Assembly (NCBI GenBank): GCA_947085195.1
Contig: CAMTVM010000061.1
Coordinates: forward strand, 10,969 to 74,968
Source of the DNA: an uncultured Chloroflexota bacterium
GTDB lineage: Bacteria; Chloroflexota; Limnocylindria; Limnocylindrales; CSP1-4
Direction of reading: 5' to 3'
DNA: 64,000 bases
Position 1 is the first letter of the stretch. Every line of letters begins with the position of its first letter. The notes under the pieces are model-generated. The model saw only the letters and a list, made by a program, of their open reading frames with translations, had not been told where the DNA came from and made no database searches. Shown here piece after piece: positions 11,427 to 22,316 of the stretch. Position numbers and translations under genes: made by a program.

Positions 11427-11567
11427 GGTTGACCGAGGATACGCCGCGCCGCGCGGTACGATGACCCCTCGCGGCCGAACGCGCCGCGCCGTGCGTGTCG
11501 TCACGTGACGCCGTGTCGCCACGTGACGCGCCGGTCCAACCCGCGTCCCGCGCACCCGGAGACAGCG

Positions 11568-13658
11568 ATGACCCGCCCCTCGGACAGCCTGGACCTGCTC
11601 GCCGTCAACACCATCCGCACCCTCTCGATCGACGGCGTCCAGCAGGCGAACTCCGGGCACCCGGGCGCTCCCATGGGTGCGGCGGCGATGGCCTACGCCC
11701 TCTGGACCCGCCACCTGCGCCACGCCCCCACCCAGCCCGCCTGGCCGGACCGCGACCGGTTCGTCCTCTCGGCCGGTCACGCGTCGATGCTCCTCTACTC
11801 GCTGCTCCACCTCACCGGCTACGCGGTCTCGCGCGATGACCTGCGGTCCTTCCGCCAGTGGGGCTCCATCACCCCGGGGCATCCCGAGTACGGCCTGACG
11901 CCGGGCGTCGAGGCGACCACGGGGCCGCTGGGCCAGGGCCTGGTCAACGCCGTCGGCATGGCGATCGCGGAGCGCCGGCTGGCGTTCGAGTTCAACCGCC
12001 CCGGCCACGAGATCGTGAACCACCGCACGTACGTCATCTGCTCCGACGGCGACCTCCAGGAGGGGATCACCGCCGAGGCGAGCTCCCTCGCGGGCCACCT
12101 GCGGCTGGGCAAGCTCATCGCCCTCTACGACGACAACCGGATCCAGCTGGACGGGCCCACCGCGTGGACGTTCACCGAGGACGTGCTCGCCCGGTACGCC
12201 GCCTACGGCTGGCACGTCGGGCGCGTGGAGGACGGCAACGACGTCGCCGCGATCTCGGCCGCCATCTCCGAGGCCGAGGCGGACGACCGCCCGTCGATCA
12301 TCGCCGTCCGCACCCACATCGGCTTCGGCAGCCCCAACAAGCAGGACTCGCAGAAGTCCCACGGCGCCCCGCTGGGCCCCGACGAGGTCCGCCTGACCAA
12401 GGAGGCCTATGGCTGGGACCCGGAGAAGACGTTCTTCGTCCCGGACGAGGCGGAGGAGCTGTTCCGCCGCGCCGTCCCGGCGGGCGAGGCAATGGTCGCG
12501 GACTGGGAGACGCGGGTCGCCGCCTACGAGGCTGCCCACCCGGCCGAGGCCGCGGAGCTCCGCCGTCGCGTGTCGGGTCAGCTGCCCGCCGGCTGGGACC
12601 AGGCCCTCCCGGCGTATGAGACCGGCTCCGAGGTCGCCACCCGGAACGCCAGCCAGGACGCGATCCAGGCGCTGGCCGCGGTGCTGCCGGAGCTGTTCGG
12701 CGGCTCCGCCGACCTGTCCGAGTCCAACTTGACGGACGTCAAGGCCCTCGGCCACGACCACTTCGACGCCAGCCACGCGGGCCGGAACATCCGCTTCGGC
12801 GTCCGCGAGCACGCGATGGGCGGCATCGCCAACGGCATCGCGTACCACGGCGGGTTCCTCCCGTACGCGGCCACGTTCCTCACCTTCAGCGATTACATGC
12901 GGGGCTCCGTCCGCGTAGCCGCCCTGTCCGGCCTGCCCGTGACCTACGTCTGGACCCACGACTCCGTGGGCCTGGGCGAGGACGGCCCCACCCACCAGCC
13001 GGTCGAGCACTACGCCGCGCTCCGCGCGATCCCCAACCTGTGGTTCGTCCGCCCGGGTGACGGGAACGAGGCCATCGCGGCCTGGGCGCTGGCGGCGGAG
13101 CGGTCGTCGCTCGCGGATGCGGCTTCCGGCCCGGTCGCGCTGGCGTTCACCCGCCAGAAGCTCCCCACCCTGCCGGGGACGAAGGAGGGCGCCCGCGAGG
13201 GGGTCAGGCGTGGCGGGTACGTGCTGCGGGAGGCAGCGGGCGGGGCTCCGGAGCTGATCCTCATCGGAACCGGTTCGGAGCTGGCCCTGTGCGCCGCAGC
13301 CGCCGATGCGCTGGAGGCCGACGGCATCCCGACGCGCGTCGTGAGCCTGCCGTGCTGGGAGCGCTTCGAGGCGCAGGACGCCGCCTACCGGGAGAGCGTC
13401 CTGCCGGCGGCCGTGCGAAGGCGCGTGACGGTCGAGGCGGGTGTCTCCCTGGGCTGGGAGCGGTACGCCGGCGACGAGGGCGCGATCCTGGGCCTGGACC
13501 GGTTCGGGGCGAGCGCGCCGGCCGGGACGATCCTGAAGGCCTTCGGGTTCACCGCCGACAATGTGGCGACGATCGGGCGGCGCGTGGTCCGCGAGGGGCT
13601 GCGCGGCCGGGTTGGCGTGTCCGACCCGTCGGTCGGCCACCCGCACGGACACGGCTGA
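11568..13658 (+). CDS. tkt: Transketolase
   Basis: Start at [49 protein letters not shown] motif. Confidence 0.97.
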   Translation: MTRPSDSLDLLAVNTIRTLSIDGVQQANSGHPGAPMGAAAMAYALWTRHLRHAPTQPAWPDRDRFVLSAGHASMLLYSLLHLTGYAVSRDDLRSFRQWGSITPGHPEYGLTPGVEATTGPLGQGLVNAVGMAIAERRLAFEFNRPGHEIVNHRTYVICSDGDLQEGITAEASSLAGHLRLGKLIALYDDNRIQLDGPTAWTFTEDVLARYAAYGWHVGRVEDGNDVAAISAAISEAEADDRPSIIAVRTHIGFGSPNKQDSQKSHGAPLGPDEVRLTKEAYGWDPEKTFFVPDEAEELFRRAVPAGEAMVADWETRVAAYEAAHPAEAAELRRRVSGQLPAGWDQALPAYETGSEVATRNASQDAIQALAAVLPELFGGSADLSESNLTDVKALGHDHFDASHAGRNIRFGVREHAMGGIANGIAYHGGFLPYAATFLTFSDYMRGSVRVAALSGLPVTYVWTHDSVGLGEDGPTHQPVEHYAALRAIPNLWFVRPGDGNEAIAAWALAAERSSLADAASGPVALAFTRQKLPTLPGTKEGAREGVRRGGYVLREAAGGAPELILIGTGSELALCAAAADALEADGIPTRVVSLPCWERFEAQDAAYRESVLPAAVRRRVTVEAGVSLGWERYAGDEGAILGLDRFGASAPAGTILKAFGFTADNVATIGRRVVREGLRGRVGVSDPSVGHPHGHG

Positions 13659-13671
13659 GGAGGCGACGGCG

Positions 13672-14148
13672 ATGCGGATCGCGTTCGCGGCGGACCATGC
13701 CGGGGCTGCGTTCAAGGACGAGCTGCTGGCCAGGCTGGAGGTGCTGCTGCCCGGCGCGCACGAGTTGCTCGACCTCGGCGGCGACGGCTCCGACCCCCTG
13801 GACGACTACCCTGACTTCGCGTGGCTGCTCGGCCAGGCCATCCAGTCCGGGCACGCGGATCGCGGGATCCTCATCTGCGGCTCCGGCGTGGGAGCGTCCA
13901 TCGCGATCAACAAGATGCGCGGGATCCGCGCGGGCCTCTGCCACGATACCTACTCCGCGCACCAGGGCGTGGAGCACGACGACATGAACGTGCTGACCCT
14001 GGGTGCCCGGGTGATCGGGATCGAGCCCGCGACGGAGTGCGCGGTGGCGTTCCTCGCCGCCCGCTTCTCCGGGGAGCCGCGCCACCAGCGTCGCCTGGGC
14101 AAGGTGCTGGCGATCGAGGCCGCGTCGATGGGCGAGCGCTCGAGCTGA
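13672..14148 (+). CDS. rpiB: Ribose-5-phosphate isomerase B
   Basis: [15 protein letters not shown] and [27 protein letters not shown] upstream of the ATG at 13672. Confidence 0.93.
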   Translation: MRIAFAADHAGAAFKDELLARLEVLLPGAHELLDLGGDGSDPLDDYPDFAWLLGQAIQSGHADRGILICGSGVGASIAINKMRGIRAGLCHDTYSAHQGVEHDDMNVLTLGARVIGIEPATECAVAFLAARFSGEPRHQRRLGKVLAIEAASMGERSS

Positions 14149-14278
14149 CCGACCCACCCTCGCCGACACAGGACGATGTCGGTCGTGTGGGCGCGGGTCA
14201 TGGCGTATACGCCATGCGCGGCGGGCTTCGTCGAGGTTCGACCGGGGACCTGAGTAACGTGGGACCGCAACGGCACTC

Positions 14279-14306
14279 GCCACCCATATATGGCATCATG
14301 GGTGGC
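14279..14306 (+). promoter_or_regulatory. 8-bp perfect inverted repeat gccaccca-N12-tgggtggc over the vapB start region (candidate operator or RNA hairpin)
   Basis: Read directly. The spacer contains catatatg. The repeat overlaps the ATG at 14298 and ends just before the ATG at 14307. Confidence 0.3.
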
Positions 14307-14630
14307 ATGGAGAAGACGACCGTCTACCTGACCTCGGCGCAGAAGGCGGCCCTGGCGCGGGCCGCCGCGGCGGAAGGGCGGAGCGAGGCCCGGCTGATCC
14401 GTGCCGGCATCGATGTCGTGACCGCCCGCCACAGCCTCGCTGAGACCACGACGGTGATCGCGCCCGAGGTCATGATCGGGGAGGAGCCGGCAACCGCCGG
14501 GGGACGGCCGCGCTGGCTGCCCAGGGACGAGTTCATCCGCGCGGTCCTCCGCCACCCCGCGGACCCCGGGTTGCGCGACGAGCTCCGGGGGCTCGCCCCC
14601 GACACGACAGACGAAGCGCCGCTCCCGTGA
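14298..14630 (+). CDS. vapB: Ribbon-helix-helix (CopG/VapB-like) antitoxin
   Basis: MGGMEKTTVYLTSAQKAALARAAAAEGRSEARLIRAGID. Alternative start at 14307. Its stop overlaps the vapC GTG (GTGA). Confidence 0.75.
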   Translation: MGGMEKTTVYLTSAQKAALARAAAAEGRSEARLIRAGIDVVTARHSLAETTTVIAPEVMIGEEPATAGGRPRWLPRDEFIRAVLRHPADPGLRDELRGLAPDTTDEAPLP

Positions 14631-15013
14631 GCGACGGCCTCGCGGACACGAGCGTGTTCATCGCCCGCGAGTCCGGCCGCCCGCTGCGCGTGGAGGCCCT
14701 GCCGGACCGTCTCGCCGTTTCCGTCGTCACGATCGGCGAGTTGCGGGCCGGGGTCCTCGCCGCGCGAGACCTCGTCACCCGCGACCGGCGGCTCACGACG
14801 CTGACCGCGGCGCTCGCGCTCGACCCGGTGCCCGTGGACGAGGAGGTCGCTGGCGCGTGGGCGCGCCTCCTCGTGACGCTGCGCGACCTCGGCCTGCGGA
14901 TGGCCGTCAACGACTCGTGGATCGCCGCGACGGCGCTCACCCTCGGGGTGCCGGTCGTCACGCAGGACGAGGGCTACGTGAGCGTGCCGGGCCTGGACGT
15001 CATCCGCGTCTGA
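14627..15013 (+). CDS. vapC: PIN-domain toxin VapC
   Basis: 128 aa. ADTSVFI (first acidic residue), TIGELRAG and NDSWIAATAL are typical PIN/VapC motifs. Confidence 0.9.
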   Translation: MSDGLADTSVFIARESGRPLRVEALPDRLAVSVVTIGELRAGVLAARDLVTRDRRLTTLTAALALDPVPVDEEVAGAWARLLVTLRDLGLRMAVNDSWIAATALTLGVPVVTQDEGYVSVPGLDVIRV

Positions 15014-15108
15014 GCACTGGCCGACCCCGCGACAGGGGATGGCGCGTCGGGCCTATCCTTGGGGCGACGCCAGCGGCGCCGTCCTGCCCGCCCAGTGGAG
15101 ACCTCCCC

Positions 15109-16008
15109 ATGCGCATCGGCTTCATCGGCCTCGGACGGATGGGCGCGAACATGGTTCGCCGCCTGCTCCGCGACGACCACCAGGTCGTCGCCTACAACCG
15201 GACACCCGAGAAGACCCACGAGATCGCGAAGGAGGGCGCCGAGACGGCCTTCTCGATCGAGGAACTGGTCTCGAAGCTCCAGAAGCCGCGCGCGGTCTGG
15301 ATCATGGTCCCGGCCGGCGACGCCACCCAGGCGCAGATCGACGAGCTGCTCGAGCACCTCGAGCCCGGCGACACGATCATCGACGGCGGCAACACCAACT
15401 TCCACGACGACGTCCGCCGCCATGCAACGCTCGCCGAGAAGGGCATCGGCTACGTGGACGCGGGCACCAGCGGCGGGATCTGGGGCCTCCAGGTGGGCTA
15501 CGCGCTGATGACCGGCGGCGAAGAGCAGCACGTGAAACCGCTCGAGCCCATCTTCCTCTCGCTCGCACCCGAGGGCGGCTACCTGCACGTGGGCGGGCCG
15601 GGCGCCGGCCACTACGTGAAGATGGTCCACAACGGCATCGAGTACGGCCTCATGCAGGCGTACGCCGAGGGCTTCGAGATCATGCACGCGTCCGACTACC
15701 CGCTGGACCTCGGGGCGATCTCGGAGATGTGGATGCACGGCTCTGTCGTGCGCTCGTGGCTCCTGGAACTCCTGGTCCGCGCGTTCAAGGCCAACGGCCA
15801 GGACCTGTCGCACCTGCGGGGCTGGGTCGCGGACTCCGGAGAGGGCCGCTGGACGGTGCAGGAGGCGATCGACCGCGACGTCCCGGCACCCGTCATCACG
15901 CTCGCGCTGCTGACCCGGTTCCGCTCCCGGCAGGACGATTCCTATGGCGCCAAGGTGCTCGCCGCGCTCCGCAACGAGTTCGGCGGCCACGCGGTCAAGA
16001 CGGGGTAG
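15109..16008 (+). CDS. gnd: 6-phosphogluconate dehydrogenase, short (about 300 aa) decarboxylating type
   Basis: MRIGFIGLGRMGANMVRRL Rossmann motif, and GAGHYVKMVHNGIEYGLMQAYAEG. Confidence 0.92.
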   Translation: MRIGFIGLGRMGANMVRRLLRDDHQVVAYNRTPEKTHEIAKEGAETAFSIEELVSKLQKPRAVWIMVPAGDATQAQIDELLEHLEPGDTIIDGGNTNFHDDVRRHATLAEKGIGYVDAGTSGGIWGLQVGYALMTGGEEQHVKPLEPIFLSLAPEGGYLHVGGPGAGHYVKMVHNGIEYGLMQAYAEGFEIMHASDYPLDLGAISEMWMHGSVVRSWLLELLVRAFKANGQDLSHLRGWVADSGEGRWTVQEAIDRDVPAPVITLALLTRFRSRQDDSYGAKVLAALRNEFGGHAVKTG

Positions 16009-16010
16009 GC

Positions 16011-17636
16011 ATGGCGCCCCGTCGCCCCGAGGGGACCGACGCCCCGCGCGCCATGCGGGACCTCCGCCTGGCCACGGAGACGCGTCGGCGGACCCCCGCG
16101 GCAAAGTCGCTCGCCAACCCGCTCCGCGAGGGGCTCCGCCTGGAGCGTGTCCCGGACCCCGCCGCCTTCGTCCTGTTCGGCGCCACTGGCGACCTCGCCC
16201 ATCGCAAGGTCATCCCGGCGCTGTTCCAGCTCTGGCGAACGCACCTGCTCCCCCACGAGTTCACGCTCGTCGGCGTGGGTCGCCGCCCCTACACGGACGA
16301 GGCGTTCCGGCAGGAGCTGAGGCAGGCGCTGGACACCTTCTCGCGGGTCCAGCCCGTGGACCAGGAGACGTGGGACGACCTCGCCTCGCGCATCTTCTAC
16401 CACCAGGGCGACTTCGCGGACCCCACCGCCTACGAGAACCTGGCCGGGAGGCTGGATCGCCTCGACGAGGAGCGGGGCACCCGCGGCAACCGGATCTTCT
16501 ACCTCGCGACCCAGCCGTCGCAGTTCGCGGAGGTCGTCGCGCAGCTCGGCCGGGTGGGCCTGGACCACGAGCGACACGAGGGTGGCTGGCGGCGGGTCGT
16601 CATCGAGAAGCCGTTCGGACGGGACCTGGAGTCCGCGATCCGCCTGAACCGCGAGGTGGGCAAGGTCTTCCGCGAGCGGCAGGTCTACCGGATCGACCAT
16701 TACCTGGGCAAGGAGACGGTCCGGAACCTGCTGGTCTTCCGGTTCGGCAACGGCATCTTCGAGCCCATCTGGAACCGCCGCCACATCGACCACGTGCAGA
16801 TCACCGTGGCGGAGTCCATCGGGATCGAGGGGCGTGGCACGTTCTACGAGGAGACCGGCGCCAGCCGCGACTTCCTCCAGAACCACCTGCTCCAGCTGCT
16901 GAGCCTGGTCGCGATGGAGCCGCCGGCGACCTTCGAGGCCGATGCGCTGCGCGACGAGAAGGTCAAGGTCATCCGGGCCATCGGCGAGTTCACCCCGGAG
17001 CAGGTGCGCCGCGACATCGTCCGCGGGCAGTACGGCCCGGGCTGGGTGTCTGCCAGGCCGGTCGCCGGGTACCGCGCGGAACCGGCCGTTGACCCGGCGT
17101 CGGAGACCGAGACCTACATCGCGGCCCGCCTCACGATCGACGACTGGCGCTGGTCCGGCGTCCCGTTCTACCTGCGAATGGGCAAGCGCCTGCCGAAGCG
17201 GGCGACCGAGATCGCGATCCAGTTCAAGGAGGTCCCGCACCAGCTGTTCCGGGACAGCGCAGCGGAGCCGGAGCCCAACCTGATCGCGATGCGGATCCAG
17301 CCGGACGAGGGGATCATGCTGCGCTTCGGCGCCAAGGTCCCGGGCCTGGGCATCGACGTCCGCAATGTCACGATGGACTTCACCTACGGCTCGGCGTTCC
17401 AGACCGACAGCCCCGACGCCTACGAGACGCTGATCCTGGACGCGCTCCTGGGCGACGCCTCGCTGTTCACCCGCGCGGACGAGGTGGAGGAGGCCTGGTC
17501 CATCGTGGACCCGATCATCGGTGCCTGGGCCGAGACCGAGGCGCCGGAGTTCCCGAACTACGAGGCGGGCACCTGGGGGCCCGAGGCCGCCGAGGACCTG
17601 CTCGCCCGCGAGGGCCGACGGTGGCGCAGGATCTGA
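16011..17636 (+). CDS. zwf: Glucose-6-phosphate 1-dehydrogenase
   Basis: FVLFGATGDLAHRK and RIDHYLGKE motifs. The start at 16011 is the first in-frame ATG after the gnd stop. Confidence 0.95.
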   Translation: MAPRRPEGTDAPRAMRDLRLATETRRRTPAAKSLANPLREGLRLERVPDPAAFVLFGATGDLAHRKVIPALFQLWRTHLLPHEFTLVGVGRRPYTDEAFRQELRQALDTFSRVQPVDQETWDDLASRIFYHQGDFADPTAYENLAGRLDRLDEERGTRGNRIFYLATQPSQFAEVVAQLGRVGLDHERHEGGWRRVVIEKPFGRDLESAIRLNREVGKVFRERQVYRIDHYLGKETVRNLLVFRFGNGIFEPIWNRRHIDHVQITVAESIGIEGRGTFYEETGASRDFLQNHLLQLLSLVAMEPPATFEADALRDEKVKVIRAIGEFTPEQVRRDIVRGQYGPGWVSARPVAGYRAEPAVDPASETETYIAARLTIDDWRWSGVPFYLRMGKRLPKRATEIAIQFKEVPHQLFRDSAAEPEPNLIAMRIQPDEGIMLRFGAKVPGLGIDVRNVTMDFTYGSAFQTDSPDAYETLILDALLGDASLFTRADEVEEAWSIVDPIIGAWAETEAPEFPNYEAGTWGPEAAEDLLAREGRRWRRI

Positions 17637-18937
17637 GCCGCCCCGCCGGGGCGCCGCACGACCCGGGCGAGCCGACACTGCGCTGGCTTTCGCACGCCCG
17701 GACCATCGACGGGATCGAGACGGAGCTGGGCCGGATCTGGGTCCAGCCCAACCTGATGGTGGACGAGGACGGCGTGCGGCGGGGCCGCTTCATCGCCGCG
17801 CGGACGAGCGTGATGAACCTGGTGGTGATCGCGCAGCAGCCCGAGGTTGGCGAGCGCGCCGCCGAGACGATCAGCCGCCTGACCGGCCGCCACCCGAGCC
17901 GGACGATGATCGTGCTGTCCGCGGACCCGGACGGGCCGTCGTGGATGGAAGCGCGGATCCAGGCGTACTGTGTCCTGCCGCGGCCGGATGCGCCCGAGAC
18001 CTGCTCGGAGCTGATCCACCTGACCGCCGGCGGCGAGACCGGACGGCACCTGACCGCGCTGGTCGCCCCCCTGCTGATCCACGACCTGCCGGTCACCGCA
18101 TGGTGGCCGGGCGAGCCGTCGCTGGGCACCGACCCGGTCGACGACATGGTGGAGATCACGGACCGCATGGTGGTGGACGGCTCCGGCTGGGCCGGCGACG
18201 GCCTTGCGCGCCTGCGCCAGCTCGCCCGCCTGTACGAGGTGCACGAGCGGATCTCGATCCGTGACTTCGCCCTGGTCCGCCAGTCTCGCTGGCGTGAGGC
18301 CATCGCCACCGTCTTCGACCTCCCCGAGTTCCTGCCCTTCCTCGGGCACCTCCGGCGGGTCTCCGTGACCTACGGGACGCACGACGAGACGGGCGCGCCC
18401 GGCACGACCAACGTGGTCAAGCCGCTGTACCACGCCGCCTGGCTGGCGTCGCGCCTGGGGATGCGGGTGGTGTCGCCGCTGGCGCCGCTGGCGCCGTTGG
18501 AGGCGAAGGGGCGCGGCGGTGCCGGGTCGTCCGGTCGCCTGCGGCCCGGCGAGAGGCCGCCGCTCCACCGCGGGCTGGCCGCTCGCCTGCGCAGCGGGAC
18601 CACGGACGTGGCCGTTGTCATCCGGCCGGTCGCCTCCCTGATGCCGGCGGGCACGACGCTGCGCGTGGAGCTGCTCGCCTCGTGGCGCGGCTCGGAGCTC
18701 CGTGCGGATGTCACCGCCGAGGCCGAGAACGTCCACGTCCATGCCTGGCGCGACGGCGTGGAGGCGATGGACCGCACGTTCAAGGCGCCGCGCCGCACGG
18801 AGGTGGACCTGCTGGGCGAGGCGCTGGAGATGGGCGGCCGCGACCCGCTCGCCACCGGCACGATCCGCATGGCCGCCCTGCTCGCCGGGCCGGCACCCGT
18901 GAGCGACGCCCCCGACAGCCGACTGCGCCACACATGA
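17621..18937 (+). CDS. opcA: OpcA, glucose-6-phosphate dehydrogenase assembly protein
   Basis: 438 aa immediately after zwf with a 16-nt overlap. IETELGRIW, TSVMNLVV and LPVTAWWPGEP. Confidence 0.9.
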   Translation: MAQDLSRPAGAPHDPGEPTLRWLSHARTIDGIETELGRIWVQPNLMVDEDGVRRGRFIAARTSVMNLVVIAQQPEVGERAAETISRLTGRHPSRTMIVLSADPDGPSWMEARIQAYCVLPRPDAPETCSELIHLTAGGETGRHLTALVAPLLIHDLPVTAWWPGEPSLGTDPVDDMVEITDRMVVDGSGWAGDGLARLRQLARLYEVHERISIRDFALVRQSRWREAIATVFDLPEFLPFLGHLRRVSVTYGTHDETGAPGTTNVVKPLYHAAWLASRLGMRVVSPLAPLAPLEAKGRGGAGSSGRLRPGERPPLHRGLAARLRSGTTDVAVVIRPVASLMPAGTTLRVELLASWRGSELRADVTAEAENVHVHAWRDGVEAMDRTFKAPRRTEVDLLGEALEMGGRDPLATGTIRMAALLAGPAPVSDAPDSRLRHT

Positions 18938-18959
18938 ACGCCCAAGGAGGCGCCGACAG

Positions 18960-19796
18960 ATGACGACCGACCGTTCCCGCCGCCTGCCGCTCGTTCGGGT
19001 CTTCCCGACCGCCGATGCGGTCGCCGAGGCCGCCGCGGGTGAGATCGTCGCCGGCCTCGCGGCTGCCATCGCGGAGCGCGGCGTCGCCCACTGGTCCACG
19101 ACCGGAGGGTCTGCGGCACCCGGGATCTACCGGCACCTGCGCGTTCCGCCGCTGCGCGATCTGGTGGACTGGTCCCGGGTCCACGTCTGGTGGGGCGACG
19201 ACCGCTTCGTGCCCGCCGATGACCCGCTCTCGAACGTGCTGCCGTTCGAGGAGCTGTTCCTGGCGGCGGATCCCGGCAGGACCGGTGGCGCCGATGACGT
19301 TGATGAGGTGGACCTCGGCGGGATTCAGATCCCGCCCGCGAACCTCCATCCGGTGCCGGTGGCCGAGGCCATGGTCAACGGCGAAGGCCCGGCCGGCGCG
19401 GCGGCCGCGTATGAGACGGCGCTCCTCCTCCACGGGCCTGAGCGGAACGAGGACGGCGTCCCGGTCTTCGATGTCATCCTCCTGGGCGTCGGGCCGGACG
19501 GCCACGTGCTCTCGGTCTTCCCGGGGTCCGGGGTGTGGGACGCGGCCTCGCTGGTCGTCGCCGTGGCGGCCCCCACCCTCGTGGAACCGCACGTGGAGCG
19601 CGTGACGATGCACCCCGACCTGCTGGCGGCCGCCCGTTCCGTGCTGGTGGTGTCGACCGGGGCGGCCAAGGCCGCGGTGCTGGGCATGGCCTGGGGCGGT
19701 GATGATGTCCGCGAGGTGCCGGTGCGCGCGACGATGGCGACGAACACCACCTGGATCCTGGACGAGGCTGCGGCGGCCGAGCTGCCCCGCGAGTAG
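18960..19796 (+). CDS. pgl: 6-phosphogluconolactonase
   Basis: TTGGSAAPGIY, VHVWWGDDRFVP and LLGVGPDGHVLSVFPGS. Confidence 0.9.
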   Translation: MTTDRSRRLPLVRVFPTADAVAEAAAGEIVAGLAAAIAERGVAHWSTTGGSAAPGIYRHLRVPPLRDLVDWSRVHVWWGDDRFVPADDPLSNVLPFEELFLAADPGRTGGADDVDEVDLGGIQIPPANLHPVPVAEAMVNGEGPAGAAAAYETALLLHGPERNEDGVPVFDVILLGVGPDGHVLSVFPGSGVWDAASLVVAVAAPTLVEPHVERVTMHPDLLAAARSVLVVSTGAAKAAVLGMAWGGDDVREVPVRATMATNTTWILDEAAAAELPRE

Positions 19797-19938
19797 GGCG
19801 ACCATCGGCGGCATGACGTTCGTATCGTCCTGCGCGCTCGAGGGCCGGCGCTGACGTCGACACGGTCCGCCGTTCGGCCCCTCCCGGACGCGACCAGCGG
19901 CCCCGTCGCGAGCAGGGGCGGAGGGCTACCATCCGTGC

Positions 19939-21057
19939 ATGACTGACCCCGTCCCGGCGCCTGCCGACACCCGCCCGTACTCCCCCGGCCTTGAGGGCGT
20001 CATCGCCGGCGAGACCACCCTCTCCTTCATCGACGGCGCGGCCGGCCGCCTGCTCTACCGGGGCTATGCCATCGGCGAGCTGGTCAGGGGCGGGTCGTAT
20101 TCGGCGGTTGCAGAACTGCTCTGGACCGATGAGTGGAAGCCGGACGCCAGGCTGCCGTGCCAGCCCGTGCCGGACGCCGTGATGACCGCCCTGCGCGCGC
20201 TGCCGCACGATGCCCGGCCGATGGACGCGCTGCGGACCGCCGTGTCCGTCTGGGGCGCGGTGACCAACCCGTCCTGGCCGGCGACGGCCGAGCAGGCCCG
20301 GGCGCTGACCGCCTTCTCGCCGTCCGCGCTGGCCGCCTTCGCGCGCCTCCGCCAGGGGCTGGAGCCGGTGGCCCCGGACCCGGACCTGGACCTTGTCCCG
20401 GGCTTCCTGTACCAGGTCAACGGCGAGCGGCCGGACGCCGCCACGGCCCGCGCGCTGGACGCCTACTTCATTGTCGGTGCGGAGCACAGCTTCAACGCCT
20501 CCACCTTCGCATGCCGTGTTGTCACGTCCACCCGCGCGGATCTCGCTTCCGCCGTGTGCGGCGCCATCGGCGCGATGAAGGGCCCGCTCCACGGCGGCGC
20601 CCCGTCCGAGGTCGTGGAGCAGATCCACCAGGTCGGCACACCTGAACGCGCCGAGGCGTGGATCCGGGACGCGCTCGCGAACGACGTCCGGCTGATGGGC
20701 TTCGGGCACCGCGTGTATCGCGCCTACGACCCGCGCGCCGCCGCGCTGCGTGAGGTGGCCCAGGGCATGGAGCACAAGCCGGACTGGCTGGAGCTGGCGA
20801 TGTCCATCGAGGACGTCGCGCTGCGTGTCCTGGCCGAGAAGCACCCGGATCGGGCCCTGAAGACGAACGTCGAGTTCTACGCGGCGCCGGTGCTCATGGG
20901 CGTCGGGCTCACGCCGGATCTCTTCCCCGCCACCTTCGCGCTCGCGCGGCATGCCGGCTGGACCGCCCACGCCATCGAGCAGAGCGCGAACAACCGGCTG
21001 ATCCGCCCGGACGTGAAGTACGTGGGCCACTCGGAGCGCTCGCTGCCGGAGGGGTAG
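19939..21057 (+). CDS. Citrate synthase (small dimeric type; could be 2-methylcitrate synthase)
   Basis: GLEGVIAGETTLSFIDG, LLYRGY and GFGHRVYRAYDPRA. Confidence 0.92.
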   Translation: MTDPVPAPADTRPYSPGLEGVIAGETTLSFIDGAAGRLLYRGYAIGELVRGGSYSAVAELLWTDEWKPDARLPCQPVPDAVMTALRALPHDARPMDALRTAVSVWGAVTNPSWPATAEQARALTAFSPSALAAFARLRQGLEPVAPDPDLDLVPGFLYQVNGERPDAATARALDAYFIVGAEHSFNASTFACRVVTSTRADLASAVCGAIGAMKGPLHGGAPSEVVEQIHQVGTPERAEAWIRDALANDVRLMGFGHRVYRAYDPRAAALREVAQGMEHKPDWLELAMSIEDVALRVLAEKHPDRALKTNVEFYAAPVLMGVGLTPDLFPATFALARHAGWTAHAIEQSANNRLIRPDVKYVGHSERSLPEG

Positions 21058-21094
21058 TTCCCCGCCGGGCTCGTCGGGCCGGCCCGTGCCTGAC

Positions 21095-21114
21095 CTGTTC
21101 ACTCCCAGCGAACG
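21095..21114. repeat. Solo terminus of the palindromic repeat family
   Basis: ctgttcactcccagcgaacg, in the 117-bp spacer between the convergent citrate synthase and corA genes. No second end is visible. Confidence 0.4.
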
Positions 21115-21174
21115 ACCGGGGCGCAACGGACCCGCTCGGGGTGGCCGGGGGCGGCTCGCGGGGCAGGCCCAGCC

Positions 21175-22167
21175 CTACAGGTATCCTCGTCGGCGGAACA
21201 GCGCGAGGACCGCGACGAACGTTGCGGCCATGATCCCGGAGATGACCCAGAACATCTCAGCCGTTCCCTCGCCCGGGAACAGGACGTTCATCCCGAAGAT
21301 GCTGGCGACGAACGTGAGCGGCAGGATGGCGGCGCTGAACGCCGTGAGCACCCGGAGGATCTCGTTCAGCCGGTGGGTGAGCACGGACTCGTTCGAGCCC
21401 TCCAGCGCCTCCGCGACCTCCTTGTAGTTCTCGAGCACATCCCAGATCCGCTCGGCGGCGTCGGTGATGTCGTCGAAGTAGATGTCGAGGTCCTCGGCGA
21501 GGTACCGCTGCTTCGTGCGCTCCAGGTCACGGAGCACGGCTCGCATCGGCCGGACCACGCGGCGGAAGTTGATGATCTCCTGCTTCGCGTTCGACAGGTC
21601 GCGGACGATCTCCGCGGACCGCCCCTCGAAGATGTCGTCCTCGAGCTGGTCCAGCTTGGCACCCATCTTGCGCAGCATCGGGAAGGACGCGTCCACGCAC
21701 GTGTCGACGATCTTGTAGAGCAGGTACCCGGTGCCCTTGGAGAAGACGCCCTCGCGGACCTCCTCCCGCTCGCGGTAGCGCTCGAACATCGCCGCCAGCG
21801 GCGGCAGGTTCCGGTCCGGGAGCGTGATCAGGAAGTCCGGCCCCACGAACAGGTCCAGCTCCGCGGTGAGGAGGCGGTCCTGCGACTTGTCGAACACGGC
21901 GAAGTGGAGAACGATGAACAGGTAATCGTCGTAGGCGTCCAGCTTGGGGCGCTGGTTGCGCGACGCGACGTCCTCGATCGCCAGCGGGTGGAAGCCGAAC
22001 TCCCGCTCCAGCCACTCGCGGTCCGCCTCGCGCGGATGCTCCAGGTTGAGCCAGCGGACCCCGCCCGCCGTGATGATGTCGGGCTCGCTCTGGTCAGGCT
22101 CGGGAGGCGGCTCCGCGAGCGTGACCGGCCGGGACCCGCGAAGTCTCGTCCGCAGCGGGTTGGGCAC
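21175..22167 (-). CDS. corA: Magnesium/cobalt transporter CorA
   Basis: 330 aa. GMNVLFPGEG (GMN motif) followed by the last TM helix. Confidence 0.93.
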   Translation of the reverse strand: MPNPLRTRLRGSRPVTLAEPPPEPDQSEPDIITAGGVRWLNLEHPREADREWLEREFGFHPLAIEDVASRNQRPKLDAYDDYLFIVLHFAVFDKSQDRLLTAELDLFVGPDFLITLPDRNLPPLAAMFERYREREEVREGVFSKGTGYLLYKIVDTCVDASFPMLRKMGAKLDQLEDDIFEGRSAEIVRDLSNAKQEIINFRRVVRPMRAVLRDLERTKQRYLAEDLDIYFDDITDAAERIWDVLENYKEVAEALEGSNESVLTHRLNEILRVLTAFSAAILPLTFVASIFGMNVLFPGEGTAEMFWVISGIMAATFVAVLALFRRRGYL

Positions 22168-22316
22168 CTGGAGGCACTCCGGTCGTCATACGGCGATCCT
22201 AGCGCAGCGGGCCGATCCGGGGAACGGCCGCGCGCGCCGCCGGCTTTGGCGGCCGTCATGCGACCGGCGGCGGCTTCGGGGTCTCGTTTGCGCGATCCGG
22301 GCGTGCGACCGCATCC

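Noticed and set aside
11427-13715. N-terminal ~760 aa of the 1090-aa ORF 10443..13715
   Set aside because: It is antisense to transketolase and low in complexity. Only the last 327 aa (PfkB kinase, from MPAIPDP) look like a real protein.
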